NCBI GenBank assembly: GCA_016190005.1
Contig: JACPRK010000170.1
Span: 1,877 to 65,876 of the forward strand
DNA: 64,000 nucleotides
Reading direction: 5' to 3'
Origin: Candidatus Wallbacteria bacterium
GTDB taxonomy: Bacteria; Muiribacteriota; UBA6191; JACPRK01
The position numbers and the translations under genes are program-made. This document shows positions 35,102-43,858 of this stretch, in pieces. The notes below the pieces were generated by a model. That model searched no databases, was not told where the DNA came from, and saw nothing but the letters and a program-made list of their open reading frames with translations. How positions within the stretch are numbered: the stretch's first letter is position 1; the number at the start of each line of letters is the position of its first letter.

Positions 35102-36435
35102 AACCGGCCGCTATGGCGAACCTCTTTCCGGAGCCCTTCCCGGCAGTCTTGCGAATGTTCTCAGACCCGTCACCGTCGGGGGTCCAGGGGGCCGATGGTC
35201 CCCTGGTGAGAGCTCGAGGGCAAGGCCCTCGATTGGAACAAGTACAACCAGACTCCATGCGGCTTCTCAGGAGATGCCTGGATGCTCGAGGGCGGAGCCC
35301 CCACCACAAGTCCAGTACCACCTCATCCGATGCGGCCTCCAGGCGACTCGTCCCTACACGTGCGTTCCGCCCGTACCTCCTCGCCTTGGCGCTCGCCCTC
35401 GCCCTCGCCGGCCCCTCGCCGGCCGCTCCGCTCAGCGTGAGCGCCACCCTGGGCGTCACGTCGGCCTCGCTCGGCGAGCTGCTGGAGTACACGATCACGG
35501 TCTCGGCCCCGCCCGGCTCGACCACGACCCTCTCGGCGCTGGCCTCGGCACTCGCTTCGGCGGGCATCGAGACGGTCTCCACCACGGCGGCCGCGCAGGC
35601 CGCGCTCCAGGCCACGACCGCCGCGACCTCCGCGCCCGGGGCCGCGCTCCTCGAGCCGAAGCCGGACAACCAGCGCACCTCACGCGTGGGCGACGTCGAC
35701 GTCACCGTGCGCAAGTGGCGCGTGGCCCCCTTCGCGCTCGGGCCCACCGAAATCGCCGGCGCGCGCCTCCGCTACACGCTCCCCGGTGGTCAGCCGGGCG
35801 AGCTCCCGGTGCCGGCCGTCCCGCTGCAGGTCGGCCCCGTCGCGTTGCCCGCAAACATGAAGCCGGCCGACGGCCAGACCTTCGGCGTCAAACCTCCGGT
35901 CTTCATTGCGGTCACGGCGACCACTCGGTGGGGTCTGGCCGCGCTCATCATCGCCCTCGGATTCCTGGTGGCGCTTGCCCTCTGGAAGCCCGAGCTCCTC
36001 GCCCGGCTCTTCGGCAAGCGCTCCGGCCCGCCGCCCCCGCCCAGGCCTGCCCACGTCATCGCTCTGGAGGCGCTCGATGTTCTGGTGGCCGAGGGGCTGA
36101 TCCAGCGTGGCCAGGTGCGTGAGTACTACGGCCGGCTCTCGGAGATCCTCCGCGGCTACATCGATTCCCGGTTCGGCCTTCGCTCGCTGGAGGCCACAAC
36201 GGATGAACTGACTCCCATCATCCGGCGCCACGAGGTGCTGGGAAAGCTGTGGCTGGAGCCGCTGCGGAAGTTCTTGACCACCTGCGACCTGGCCAAGTTC
36301 GCCCGTCACGTGCCTTCGCAAGGCGTGACCGACGAGGCGACCGCCTTCGCGCGCCAGCTCGTGCGTGAGACCCGCCCCGAGGAGCGCTCGCAGGAGCCCT
36401 CGTCCGTCGCATCCAGGGAGGCGACTGCGCCGTGA
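35098..36435 (+). CDS. BatD-N-like / DUF4381-like membrane protein of the bat operon
   Basis: The ATG overlaps the DUF58 stop (ATGA). LGELLEYTITVSAPPGS resembles the BatD N-domain. One TM helix (WGLAALIIALGFLVALALW) is followed by ...YYGRLSEILRGYIDSRFG...CDLAKFARHVP, a DUF4381/BatD-tail-like region. The true start is uncertain (alternative ATG at 35257) because repeat A copy 4 sits in the first 45 codons. Confidence 0.6.
   Translation: MKPAAMANLFPEPFPAVLRMFSDPSPSGVQGADGPLVRARGQGPRLEQVQPDSMRLLRRCLDARGRSPHHKSSTTSSDAASRRLVPTRAFRPYLLALALALALAGPSPAAPLSVSATLGVTSASLGELLEYTITVSAPPGSTTTLSALASALASAGIETVSTTAAAQAALQATTAATSAPGAALLEPKPDNQRTSRVGDVDVTVRKWRVAPFALGPTEIAGARLRYTLPGGQPGELPVPAVPLQVGPVALPANMKPADGQTFGVKPPVFIAVTATTRWGLAALIIALGFLVALALWKPELLARLFGKRSGPPPPPRPAHVIALEALDVLVAEGLIQRGQVREYYGRLSEILRGYIDSRFGLRSLEATTDELTPIIRRHEVLGKLWLEPLRKFLTTCDLAKFARHVPSQGVTDEATAFARQLVRETRPEERSQEPSSVASREATAP
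35173..35229 (-). repeat. REP/MITE-like element, family A, copy 4 (diverged)
   Basis: CCGTCGGGGGTCCAGGGGGCCGATGGTCCCCTGGTGAGAGCTCGAGGGCAAGGCCC. Shares GGGTCCAGGGG...CCCCTGGTG and the ...GGGCAAGGCCC tail with copies 2 and 3. Confidence 0.65.
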
Positions 36436-37472
36436 GCTCCGCATTCGACTTCGCCAACCCGGCGCTGATGGCCGTCGCACTCGCCGTGCTCCTGCCGACT
36501 GTCCTCTGGCACCACGTGGCCGAGCGCCGTCACCGCCGCGGAACTGTCCGCTACAGCGACGTCTCCCGGCTCAAGGAGGCGATCCCCCGCCCCAGCTTCT
36601 TCCACCGCCACGCGCTGGTCGCGCTCCGACTGGCCTCGCTCGGACTGGCCATCCTCGCCCTGGGCCGCCCACGGCTCACCGAATCGCTGGAGGAGCTGCT
36701 CTCCCGCGGCATCGACATCTGCATCACGCTCGACCTGAGCGGCAGCATGCTGGCCGAGGACATGCCCCCGGAGAACCGCATCGTCGCCGCCAAGAAAGTC
36801 GTCCACGACTTCATCGAAGGGCGCCGCTCCGACCGCATCGGACTGGTCGTCTTCTCGGGCCGCGCCTACACGCAGTGCCCCCTCACCACCGACTATGCCG
36901 TGCTCCAGTCGCTGCTGGAGCGCGCCCACCCGTCGATGATGCGTGAAGACGGCACCGCCATCGGCATGGGGCTGGCCTTGGCCGTCAACCGACTGCGCGA
37001 CACGGGCGCCCGCAGCCGCGTCGTCATCCTGGTCACCGACGGGCGCAGCAACGCCGGCAAGATCGAACCCGCCACCGCCGCCGAGCTCGCCAAGGCCCTC
37101 GGGATCAAGGTCTACACGATCGGTATTGGTGGTCGCGGCCGCGCGCGCGTCCCGGTGCTCGATCCGCGCACAGGCAAGCTGATGGCCGACCCTTTCACCG
37201 GCCGGCCGATGTACGGCTACATCGACGAAGACTTGAACGAGGAGGGTCTGCGCGACATCGCCACCAAGACCGGTGGCGTCTACTTCCGGGCCACCGCCAC
37301 CCAGGCTCTGGCGGCGGTCTTCGCCGAGATCGACCGCCTCGAGAAGAGCGACGTCAAGACTCGCGAGTACCAGCGCCACACGGAGCTCTACCTCTACCCT
37401 CTGGCCGCCGCACTCCTGCTGCTCCTGGCGGAAGTCCTGCTCGCCAGCACGCGGCTTCGCCGCATACCATGA
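36432..37472 (+). CDS. batA: VWA domain membrane protein, BatA-like
   Basis: N-terminal TM helices, DICITLDLSGSM (MIDAS DxSxS), VILVTDGRSNAG and a C-terminal TM helix. GTGA overlap with the previous gene. Confidence 0.8.
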   Translation: MSSAFDFANPALMAVALAVLLPTVLWHHVAERRHRRGTVRYSDVSRLKEAIPRPSFFHRHALVALRLASLGLAILALGRPRLTESLEELLSRGIDICITLDLSGSMLAEDMPPENRIVAAKKVVHDFIEGRRSDRIGLVVFSGRAYTQCPLTTDYAVLQSLLERAHPSMMREDGTAIGMGLALAVNRLRDTGARSRVVILVTDGRSNAGKIEPATAAELAKALGIKVYTIGIGGRGRARVPVLDPRTGKLMADPFTGRPMYGYIDEDLNEEGLRDIATKTGGVYFRATATQALAAVFAEIDRLEKSDVKTREYQRHTELYLYPLAAALLLLLAEVLLASTRLRRIP

Positions 37473-37484
37473 ACCTCGTCCCGC

Positions 37485-38510
37485 ATGCGCTTCGCTAACC
37501 CACAAGCCTTCTGGATGCTCGGCCTGCTACCGATGCTGGCGCTCTTCTTCATCGCCAGCTTCCGCGCCAAACGCCAGGCCCTCGACCGGTTCGGAAGCCA
37601 CGACCTGATGCTGCGCCTGACCTCGTCGGCGAGCCTGACGCGCCAGTACATCAAGATGGCGCTGATGCTCTCCGGGATGTTCTGGCTCGTAGTCGCGATG
37701 GCGCGCCCGCAGTTCGGCACGGTCGTCGAATCGATCCGCCGCGAGGGGTCCGACCTCGTCATTGCTCTCGACGTCTCCAAATCGATGCTGGCGCAGGACA
37801 TGAAGCCCAACCGGCTCGTGAAGGCCAAGAGCGAGATCCAGTCGCTCCTGGCGCGCCTGCACGGCAACCGCGTCGGCCTGGTCGTCTTCGCCGGCAGCGC
37901 GTTTCTGCAGTGCCCGCTCACCACCGACTACCGGGCGATGGAGGTCTTCCTCGACGCCGTCGACACCGACTCCGTCAGCCGCCACGGCACCGACCTGGGC
38001 GAGGCGATCCGGACCGCCCTCAAGGCCTTCGAGGATCGCTCCGGCAACTTCCGCGCAATCGCCCTCATCACCGACGGCGAGGATAACGAAGGCAAGGGCG
38101 CCGAGGCCGCCAAGGAAGCCGCCACCGCCGGCGTGCGTATCTTCACGATCGGCGTCGGCTCGACCGCCGGAGAGCCCGTTCCCGTGGGCGGGCAGACCGG
38201 CGAGGGCGGTTACAAGAAGTCGAAGGCCGGCGAGATCGTGCTGTCGCGCCTCGACGCCGCCGGGCTGGCCGAGATCGCCCGCGTCACACACGGAGTCTTC
38301 CACCAGGCCACGCGCGAGGAGCTTGAGCTGGAGACGGTTTACAGGGAGATCGAAAGCCTGGAGAAGCACGAGCTCTACAGCAAGGAGATGGCCCGATACC
38401 AGGACCAGTTCCAGGTCTTCCTGGCGCTCGGGCTCTTGCTCCTGGCGGCCGAGTGGTTCCTCACCGATCGGCGCAGCACCGCCGACCAGTGGCAAGGGAG
38501 GTTCGCATGA
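37485..38510 (+). CDS. batB: VWA domain membrane protein, BatB-like
   Basis: DLVIALDVSKSM (MIDAS), IALITDGEDNEG, and TM helices at both ends. Confidence 0.8.
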   Translation: MRFANPQAFWMLGLLPMLALFFIASFRAKRQALDRFGSHDLMLRLTSSASLTRQYIKMALMLSGMFWLVVAMARPQFGTVVESIRREGSDLVIALDVSKSMLAQDMKPNRLVKAKSEIQSLLARLHGNRVGLVVFAGSAFLQCPLTTDYRAMEVFLDAVDTDSVSRHGTDLGEAIRTALKAFEDRSGNFRAIALITDGEDNEGKGAEAAKEAATAGVRIFTIGVGSTAGEPVPVGGQTGEGGYKKSKAGEIVLSRLDAAGLAEIARVTHGVFHQATREELELETVYREIESLEKHELYSKEMARYQDQFQVFLALGLLLLAAEWFLTDRRSTADQWQGRFA

Positions 38511-39364
38511 AACTCGTGCTCGCCCTGGCCATCCTCGGGCTCGCCGGCCCGGCGGCCGCCCCCGCGGCCGATGCTCTGCCCGGCGGCAAATCGGCCGGCG
38601 CCATCGTCGCCGAGGGCAACCAGCTCTATGCGCAAGGCGATTTCGAAGGCGCCCTCAAGAAGTACCTGGAGGCACAAACGCTGGCTCCCAATGCGCCCGA
38701 ACTGCACTTCAACATCGGCGACGTCCACTTCGGCAAGGGCAAGTACGACGAGGCCGCTTCCGAGTTCCGCCGCGTGCTGCAGAAGGGCGATCGGAAGCTG
38801 CTGCAACCGCTGGCCTACAACCTGGCGACAGCGGCGATGAAGCAGGGCAAGTTCGACCAGGCGGTCGAGCTCTACAAGACGGCGATCAAGCTCGACCCGA
38901 AGGACCTGGAGGCGCGGCACAACCTGGGCGTGCTGCTCGAGATGATGCGTCAGCAACAGGAGAAGAAGCAGGACCAACAGCAGCAGGACCAGCAAGATCA
39001 GAAGGACCAGAAGGACCAGCAGCAGCAGCAGCAGCAAGGTAAGGACTCCCAGCAGCAGCAGGCCCAGTCCCCGCCCCCACCTAAGGAGGGCGACAAGAAG
39101 GACCAGCAGGACGCGTCGAAACCGGACCAGCAGAAGGACCAGAAGAAGCCTGAGCAGCAGCAACAGGCTCAGGCCTCCCAGCCCGAGGACCAGAAGAAGG
39201 ACGGCAAGCAGCCGCCGCCCGGGGAGCCCGGAAAGATCGAGGGAATGATTCCGCGCGAGCAAGCCGAACGACTCCTCGAGCTCCTTAAGGATGAAGAGAA
39301 GAACAGCGTCTTCCTCTTCCAGCCGAAGCACACCGACGAGCCCGATCCGGAAAAGGACTGGTGA
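38507..39364 (+). CDS. batC: TPR protein with Q/K/D-rich tail, BatC-like
   Basis: Signal peptide, TPR repeats (YAQGDFEGALKKYLEA..., FGKGKYDEAASEFRRVL..., MKQGKFDQAVELYKTAIKLDP), then a low-complexity Q/D/K tract. ATGA overlap with batB. Confidence 0.7.
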   Translation: MKLVLALAILGLAGPAAAPAADALPGGKSAGAIVAEGNQLYAQGDFEGALKKYLEAQTLAPNAPELHFNIGDVHFGKGKYDEAASEFRRVLQKGDRKLLQPLAYNLATAAMKQGKFDQAVELYKTAIKLDPKDLEARHNLGVLLEMMRQQQEKKQDQQQQDQQDQKDQKDQQQQQQQGKDSQQQQAQSPPPPKEGDKKDQQDASKPDQQKDQKKPEQQQQAQASQPEDQKKDGKQPPPGEPGKIEGMIPREQAERLLELLKDEEKNSVFLFQPKHTDEPDPEKDW

Positions 39365-41463
39365 TGGGAGAAAGGGCTGAAAAGCAGGAGGCCGCGTGCG
39401 CCAGCGACTCGTGGGGCATCCTTCGACAAGCTCAGGATGAGCGGACCTTGGGGGGGCGCGACGGCGCGGGCAGCCTTCGACAAGCTCAGGATGAGCGGGT
39501 CTCGAGGGGGCGCTACGGCGCGGGCATCCTTCGGGGTGGCTGGCGGCTGGGCTGGGTCGCCGCTCTCGCGTGCGCGTTGACGGCCGGCGTCGTATTCGGA
39601 GCCCCGAGCGCGTCCATCCAGGCGTCGGTCGATCGGGACACGGTCGCCGTGGGCGAGGCCCTGCTCTACACCATCACAGTCTCCAGCCAGAGCGGGCAGT
39701 CGCCGCAGCCCAGGCCCCCGTCCTTCGACGGTTTCTTGGCCCAGAGCAGCGGCAGCAGCACGTCGCTCAACATGACCAACGGCACCGTGCAGCTCACCAT
39801 CAGCTCCAGCTTCCAGCTCATCGCCCAGAAGGAAGGCACCTTCAAGCTCGGGCCGGCCGAGCTCGACGCCGACGGGACGGTCCTGAAGTCCAACCCGGTC
39901 ACGATCACGGTCGTGCCGGCCGGTGCCCCTCCGCAGCTTCCGAGCAATCCTCCCGGCGCCGCCAGCGAACCCGGCGAGGCCGACCCGGCCCCGGCCCAGG
40001 GCGGCATCAACCCCAGGAAGCTCTTTCTCTTCGCCGACGTCGGCAAGAAGGAAGTGATGGTCGGCGAGCCGCTCAGCTACTACTCGGCGCTCTTGAGCGA
40101 GTACGACCTGGCCGAGTGCAGCATCGCCTCGGAGGCTCTCTTCACCGGCTTCGTCGTCGAGAACCTGGACGTGAAGCGCCAGCTCCAGCCGGTGACCTTC
40201 CGAGGAAAGCACTACCCGCTCGGCTGCGAGGTCTCCAAGAAACTCCTGATCCCGGCGGCCCCCGGCACCTTCACCATCCGGCCCGAGATGCTCCGCGCCG
40301 GCGTCAAGGTGCCGAACGCCCAGCGGCCCAGGCGCCGCGGCGGCTGGCCGTTCAACGACCCCTTCGGCAGTGACGATCCCTTCGACGACCCGATCTTCGA
40401 CCGCTTCTTCGGCCGCAACTTCCAGGTCCGCCAGACCTCGGTGGCGGCCGACCCGATCGTGGTCAAGGTCCTGCCCCTGCCTGCCGCAGGCAAGCCGGCG
40501 AGCTTCTCGGGCATCATCGCCGAGGACTTGACCATCAGCGCGGGCCTGGACCGCAAGGTCGACCGCAACAAGGTGCAGAAGAGCCTCAAGGAGACCGACG
40601 CCCTCAACTTCAAGGTCGTGCTGAGCGGCCGGGGCGACATCCGGGCACTGCCCAAGCCAGAGCTGGCTCTGGGCGACGGCTTCAAGGAGTACGAGTCGAA
40701 GGCCACGCCGGAAGTGAAAGTCGACGAGAGTGGGATCTCGGGCCGCAAGACGTTCGAGTTCGTGCTCGTGCCGCGCCGCTCGGGCCAGCTCACGATTCCC
40801 GCGGTCGAGGTGACCTACTTCGATTCGTCGAAGCGCCAGTACCGGACGATCCGCTCCAGACCGATCGACATCCAGGTGGCTCCGGGTGAGAGGGAGGAAG
40901 CGCTGTCGACGGGCGTGGCGTCAGCGCGCAAGGACGTCAAGGTGCTGGGGACGGACCTGCGTTACATCGTGGAGAGCCCGGCGGCGCTCATCTCCTACTC
41001 GGAGCCGTTGCACCTCTCCCGCGCGTTCCAGCTGCTCAACTTCCTGCCGTTCGCGGGATTCGTGGGCGCGGTGCTCCAGACCAGGCGACGCCGGTGGTTG
41101 GAGCGCGACCCGGCGCGTGCGCGGCGGGAGCGGGCCGGCAAGACGGCGCGCGAGGCCGTGACGCGGGCGCGCGAACTGGCCGCAGGCGGCTCGGCCAAGG
41201 AGACGTGCGCGCGGCTCGAGGAGGCGCTGCTGCAGTACCTCTGGGCCAAACTGAACGTGCCCGCCAACTCCATCGTCGTCGAGACGTCGGACGCGACGCT
41301 CGCCGCCCACGGCGTCCCCGCGGAGCTGGCGTCGCACGCCAAGGAGCTGCTCACGAGGTTCGAGATGAGCCGCTACGCTCCGGGTGCTCTTGCCTCCGGC
41401 GCCGCCGAACGGGACGTCCTTGCGACGGAAGAGCTGCTGGCCGAGCTGGAGCGCGCATTGTGA
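39364..41463 (+). CDS. batD: BatD-like oxygen-tolerance family protein
   Basis: DRDTVAVGEALLYTITVSS..., repeated Ig-like segments, a C-terminal TM helix (FLPFAGFVGAVL) and a tail ending ...LLTRFEMSRYAPG. The ATG overlaps the batC stop by 1 nt. The first 55 codons are the family B tandem repeat. Confidence 0.7.
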   Translation: MGERAEKQEAACASDSWGILRQAQDERTLGGRDGAGSLRQAQDERVSRGRYGAGILRGGWRLGWVAALACALTAGVVFGAPSASIQASVDRDTVAVGEALLYTITVSSQSGQSPQPRPPSFDGFLAQSSGSSTSLNMTNGTVQLTISSSFQLIAQKEGTFKLGPAELDADGTVLKSNPVTITVVPAGAPPQLPSNPPGAASEPGEADPAPAQGGINPRKLFLFADVGKKEVMVGEPLSYYSALLSEYDLAECSIASEALFTGFVVENLDVKRQLQPVTFRGKHYPLGCEVSKKLLIPAAPGTFTIRPEMLRAGVKVPNAQRPRRRGGWPFNDPFGSDDPFDDPIFDRFFGRNFQVRQTSVAADPIVVKVLPLPAAGKPASFSGIIAEDLTISAGLDRKVDRNKVQKSLKETDALNFKVVLSGRGDIRALPKPELALGDGFKEYESKATPEVKVDESGISGRKTFEFVLVPRRSGQLTIPAVEVTYFDSSKRQYRTIRSRPIDIQVAPGEREEALSTGVASARKDVKVLGTDLRYIVESPAALISYSEPLHLSRAFQLLNFLPFAGFVGAVLQTRRRRWLERDPARARRERAGKTAREAVTRARELAAGGSAKETCARLEEALLQYLWAKLNVPANSIVVETSDATLAAHGVPAELASHAKELLTRFEMSRYAPGALASGAAERDVLATEELLAELERAL
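39416..39534 (+). repeat. Tandem repeat, family B, period 54 nt, about 2.2 copies
   Basis: Units 39416..39469 and 39470..39523 (GCAnCCTTCGACAAGCTCAGGATGAGCGG...GGCGCGG) plus a partial third. Reads in frame as GILRQAQDERTLGGRDGA / GSLRQAQDERVSRGRYGA. Confidence 0.9.
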
Positions 41464-42248
41464 TGAAAAACATCCTTTCACTCCTGCTCGCCGTAGCGGT
41501 CGCCGGCTCCGCCGCCGCCCAGGACGTCGAGATCTTCAGGAAGGCCAACGAGGCCTACAAGGCCGGCGACTACGAGACAGCCCTCCAGGGCTACCGCAAG
41601 CTCGCCGGCAGTGTCTCCAACCCCAGCCTCTTCCTCAATCTGGGAAACGCCGCCTTCAAGACCGGCCACTCGGGCTGGGCCGTCGTCTACTACGAGCGAG
41701 GCCTCCGCCTGGAGCCCCGGAACCCAGATCTGACGGCCAACCTCGAGTTCGTCCGGGAACGGATCGTCGACAAGTCCACCGAAGGGACCGACTGGTTCTC
41801 CGGCCTGGTCGCGGGAACCTACCGGTACCTGAGCCTCAAGGAGTTGCTGGTCCTCACCAGCGTCTTCTGGTTCCAATTTCTGGGAGTAGCCGCCTCCCTC
41901 TACTGGCTGGACGTGCCGCTGACGCGGAGCCTGGGCGTCCTATTCTCGTTCCTGGAGGCTCCCCGGCGCGAGAAGCTGGCGGCTCTCCTGCTGCCTGCCG
42001 CACTCGGCCTGGTCTTCTTCGCGGGCTGGACGGGCACCCGCATCCACGACGAGACCATCCCCCGTGCGGTCGTCGTCGAAAAGGAAGTGAAGGCCACCAG
42101 CGGCCCAGGCGCCGACGCCACCGTCGTCTTCGCCGTCCACGAGGGGACAAAGCTGACCGTGCTGCGACGCTCGGACCGATGGGCCCAGGTCAGTCTGGCC
42201 AACGGCTACAGCGGATGGCTGCCCGAGGACGCCATCGAAGAGATCTGA
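41463..42248 (+). CDS. batE: TPR + TM + SH3b protein, BatE-like
   Basis: Signal peptide, TPR (YKAGDYETALQGYRKL..., FKTGHSGWAVVYYERGLRLEP), TM helices and a C-terminal SH3-like region ...RWAQVSLANGYSGWLPEDAIEEI. The ATG overlaps the batD stop by 1 nt. Confidence 0.65.
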   Translation: MKNILSLLLAVAVAGSAAAQDVEIFRKANEAYKAGDYETALQGYRKLAGSVSNPSLFLNLGNAAFKTGHSGWAVVYYERGLRLEPRNPDLTANLEFVRERIVDKSTEGTDWFSGLVAGTYRYLSLKELLVLTSVFWFQFLGVAASLYWLDVPLTRSLGVLFSFLEAPRREKLAALLLPAALGLVFFAGWTGTRIHDETIPRAVVVEKEVKATSGPGADATVVFAVHEGTKLTVLRRSDRWAQVSLANGYSGWLPEDAIEEI

Positions 42249-42291
42249 GGCTTGAGGAGTGAGGCTTGGAGAGTCGATGGAGAATTCGAGG

Positions 42292-43170
42292 ATGAATGGT
42301 GCGCGACGGGGGCTTCGCCTGGCGCTGGCGGTGTTCCTGGCCTTCGCGTCGGCGGCCTCGCCGGCGCTGGCCGAGGGACTGTTTCGCCACGTGGTGATCG
42401 TCAGCGTCGACGGCCTGAGGCCCGATGCCATCACCTCCGCGCGCACGCCGGTGCTGGCCGGTTTGATGCGCCGCGGCTCCTCGACACTGAAGGCCAGGAC
42501 GACGTTGCCGAGCGTCACGCTCGTCTCCCACGCCTCGATGCTGACCGGCGTCCGCCCCGACGTCCACGGGATCACCTGGAACACCGAAGACCAGAAAGGC
42601 CCGCTCAAGGCCCGGACCATCTTCCAGCTCGCCGCCCGCGCCGGCCTCTCCACGGCCGTCATCGCCGGCAAGCAGCGCCTGAAGCAACTCATCCCCGATA
42701 CCCGGGTCACGCCTTTCCTCCAACCGGGCTGGACCGCCGCCCCCGTCGTGAAGGCCGCCTCGAAGCTCTTCGCCGAGAAGCCCCCCGCCCTGACGCTGGT
42801 CCACCTGACCGATCCGGACAACAACGGCCACAAGGACGGCTGGATGACCCCTCACTACTTCAAAGGAGTCGCCTCCGCCGATCGCGCCCTGGGCCAGCTC
42901 CTCACGGGTCTCGACGCCGCCGGCATCCGACAGGAGACGCTCCTCATCGTGACCGCCGACCACGGCGGCAAGGGGAAAAGCCACGGCCCCAACACGCCCG
43001 AATGCGTGCTGATTCCGTGGGTCGCATACGGATCGGGTGTTCGACCCGGCTACGTCCTGAAGAAGCCCGTCTCTACTTGCGACACGGCCGCAACCGCCCT
43101 GTGGGCGCTGGGACTGCCCTTACCTTCCACTTTCGCCGGCAAGCCAATGACGGAGGCCTTTCGGCGCTAG
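42292..43170 (+). CDS. Secreted nucleotide pyrophosphatase/phosphodiesterase (NPP, type I phosphodiesterase) family protein
   Basis: VVIVSVDGLRPDAI, TLPSVTLVSHASMLTG..HGI, HLTDPDNNGHKDGW and VTADHGG are the AP-superfamily NPP pattern. Start uncertain (GTG 42259, ATG 42277, ATG 42292). Confidence 0.8.
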   Translation: MNGARRGLRLALAVFLAFASAASPALAEGLFRHVVIVSVDGLRPDAITSARTPVLAGLMRRGSSTLKARTTLPSVTLVSHASMLTGVRPDVHGITWNTEDQKGPLKARTIFQLAARAGLSTAVIAGKQRLKQLIPDTRVTPFLQPGWTAAPVVKAASKLFAEKPPALTLVHLTDPDNNGHKDGWMTPHYFKGVASADRALGQLLTGLDAAGIRQETLLIVTADHGGKGKSHGPNTPECVLIPWVAYGSGVRPGYVLKKPVSTCDTAATALWALGLPLPSTFAGKPMTEAFRR

Positions 43171-43258
43171 GACATTTCCACCCCAGTCCTCTCTTCATCG
43201 GCTCGCGGCTTCCGGGTTTCACCGGAAAAACTCCACCTTAGGTGGTACGCTGTCACCC

Positions 43259-43843
43259 ATGCGAGTCCTGATCGCCGAAGACGAGCGCTCCGTTCTCTCG
43301 TACCTGGAAGGGTTGGTCCGGGAATGGGGCTACGAGGTCGAAGGTTACGAGAATGGCCAGCAGGCTTTCGATGCCCTGGCGGGACAAGACGGCCCCAAGC
43401 TCCTCTTGCTCGACTGGATGCTTCCCGGCCTGACGGCGATCGACATCACGCAAAAGCTGAGGGCAGTCGAGACCGACGTTCCCCACTACGTCATCATCAT
43501 CACAGTGCTCGGCGGACAAGAGAAGCTGGCCGAGGCCTTCGCGGTCGGCGTCAACGACTTCATCGCAAAGCCGTTCGGGATGCTGGAGCTGCAGGCTCGG
43601 CTGGAAGGCGGCGCCCGCACGATTCAGCTCCAGGAGAAGCTGGTCGCCCGGGCGAGGGAGCTCCAGGACGCCCTGTCGAACGTGAAGACCCTCCGAGGCC
43701 TCCTCCCGATCTGCTCCTATTGCAAGAGCGTGCGGGATGACAAGAACTACTGGCAGCAGGTCGAGAAGTACCTCGCGGCACACGCCGAGGTCCGCTTCAC
43801 ACACGGGATCTGCCCCGAGTGTCTCTCCCGGGTGGTGGGCTGA
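43259..43843 (+). CDS. Response regulator receiver domain with a C-terminal four-Cys (CxxC...CxxC) module
   Basis: REC features: AEDE, LLLLDWMLPG (phospho-acceptor Asp), IAKPF. A coiled linker follows, then LPICSYCKSVRDDKNYWQQVEKYLAAHAEVRFTHGICPECL. Confidence 0.85.
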   Translation: MRVLIAEDERSVLSYLEGLVREWGYEVEGYENGQQAFDALAGQDGPKLLLLDWMLPGLTAIDITQKLRAVETDVPHYVIIITVLGGQEKLAEAFAVGVNDFIAKPFGMLELQARLEGGARTIQLQEKLVARARELQDALSNVKTLRGLLPICSYCKSVRDDKNYWQQVEKYLAAHAEVRFTHGICPECLSRVVG

Positions 43844-43858
43844 GCGTTCTCCTGGCGG

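Noticed and set aside
38940-39200. CAG/CAA-rich simple repeat as a non-coding microsatellite
   Set aside because: It is in frame within the BatC-like gene and encodes a Q/D/K-rich tract. As far as I recall, this kind of tract is typical of this protein family's C-terminal half.
39416-39534. CRISPR-like array
   Set aside because: Only about 2.2 directly abutting 54-nt units with no spacers, and no cas genes in the window. It is a tandem copy of an interspersed element.
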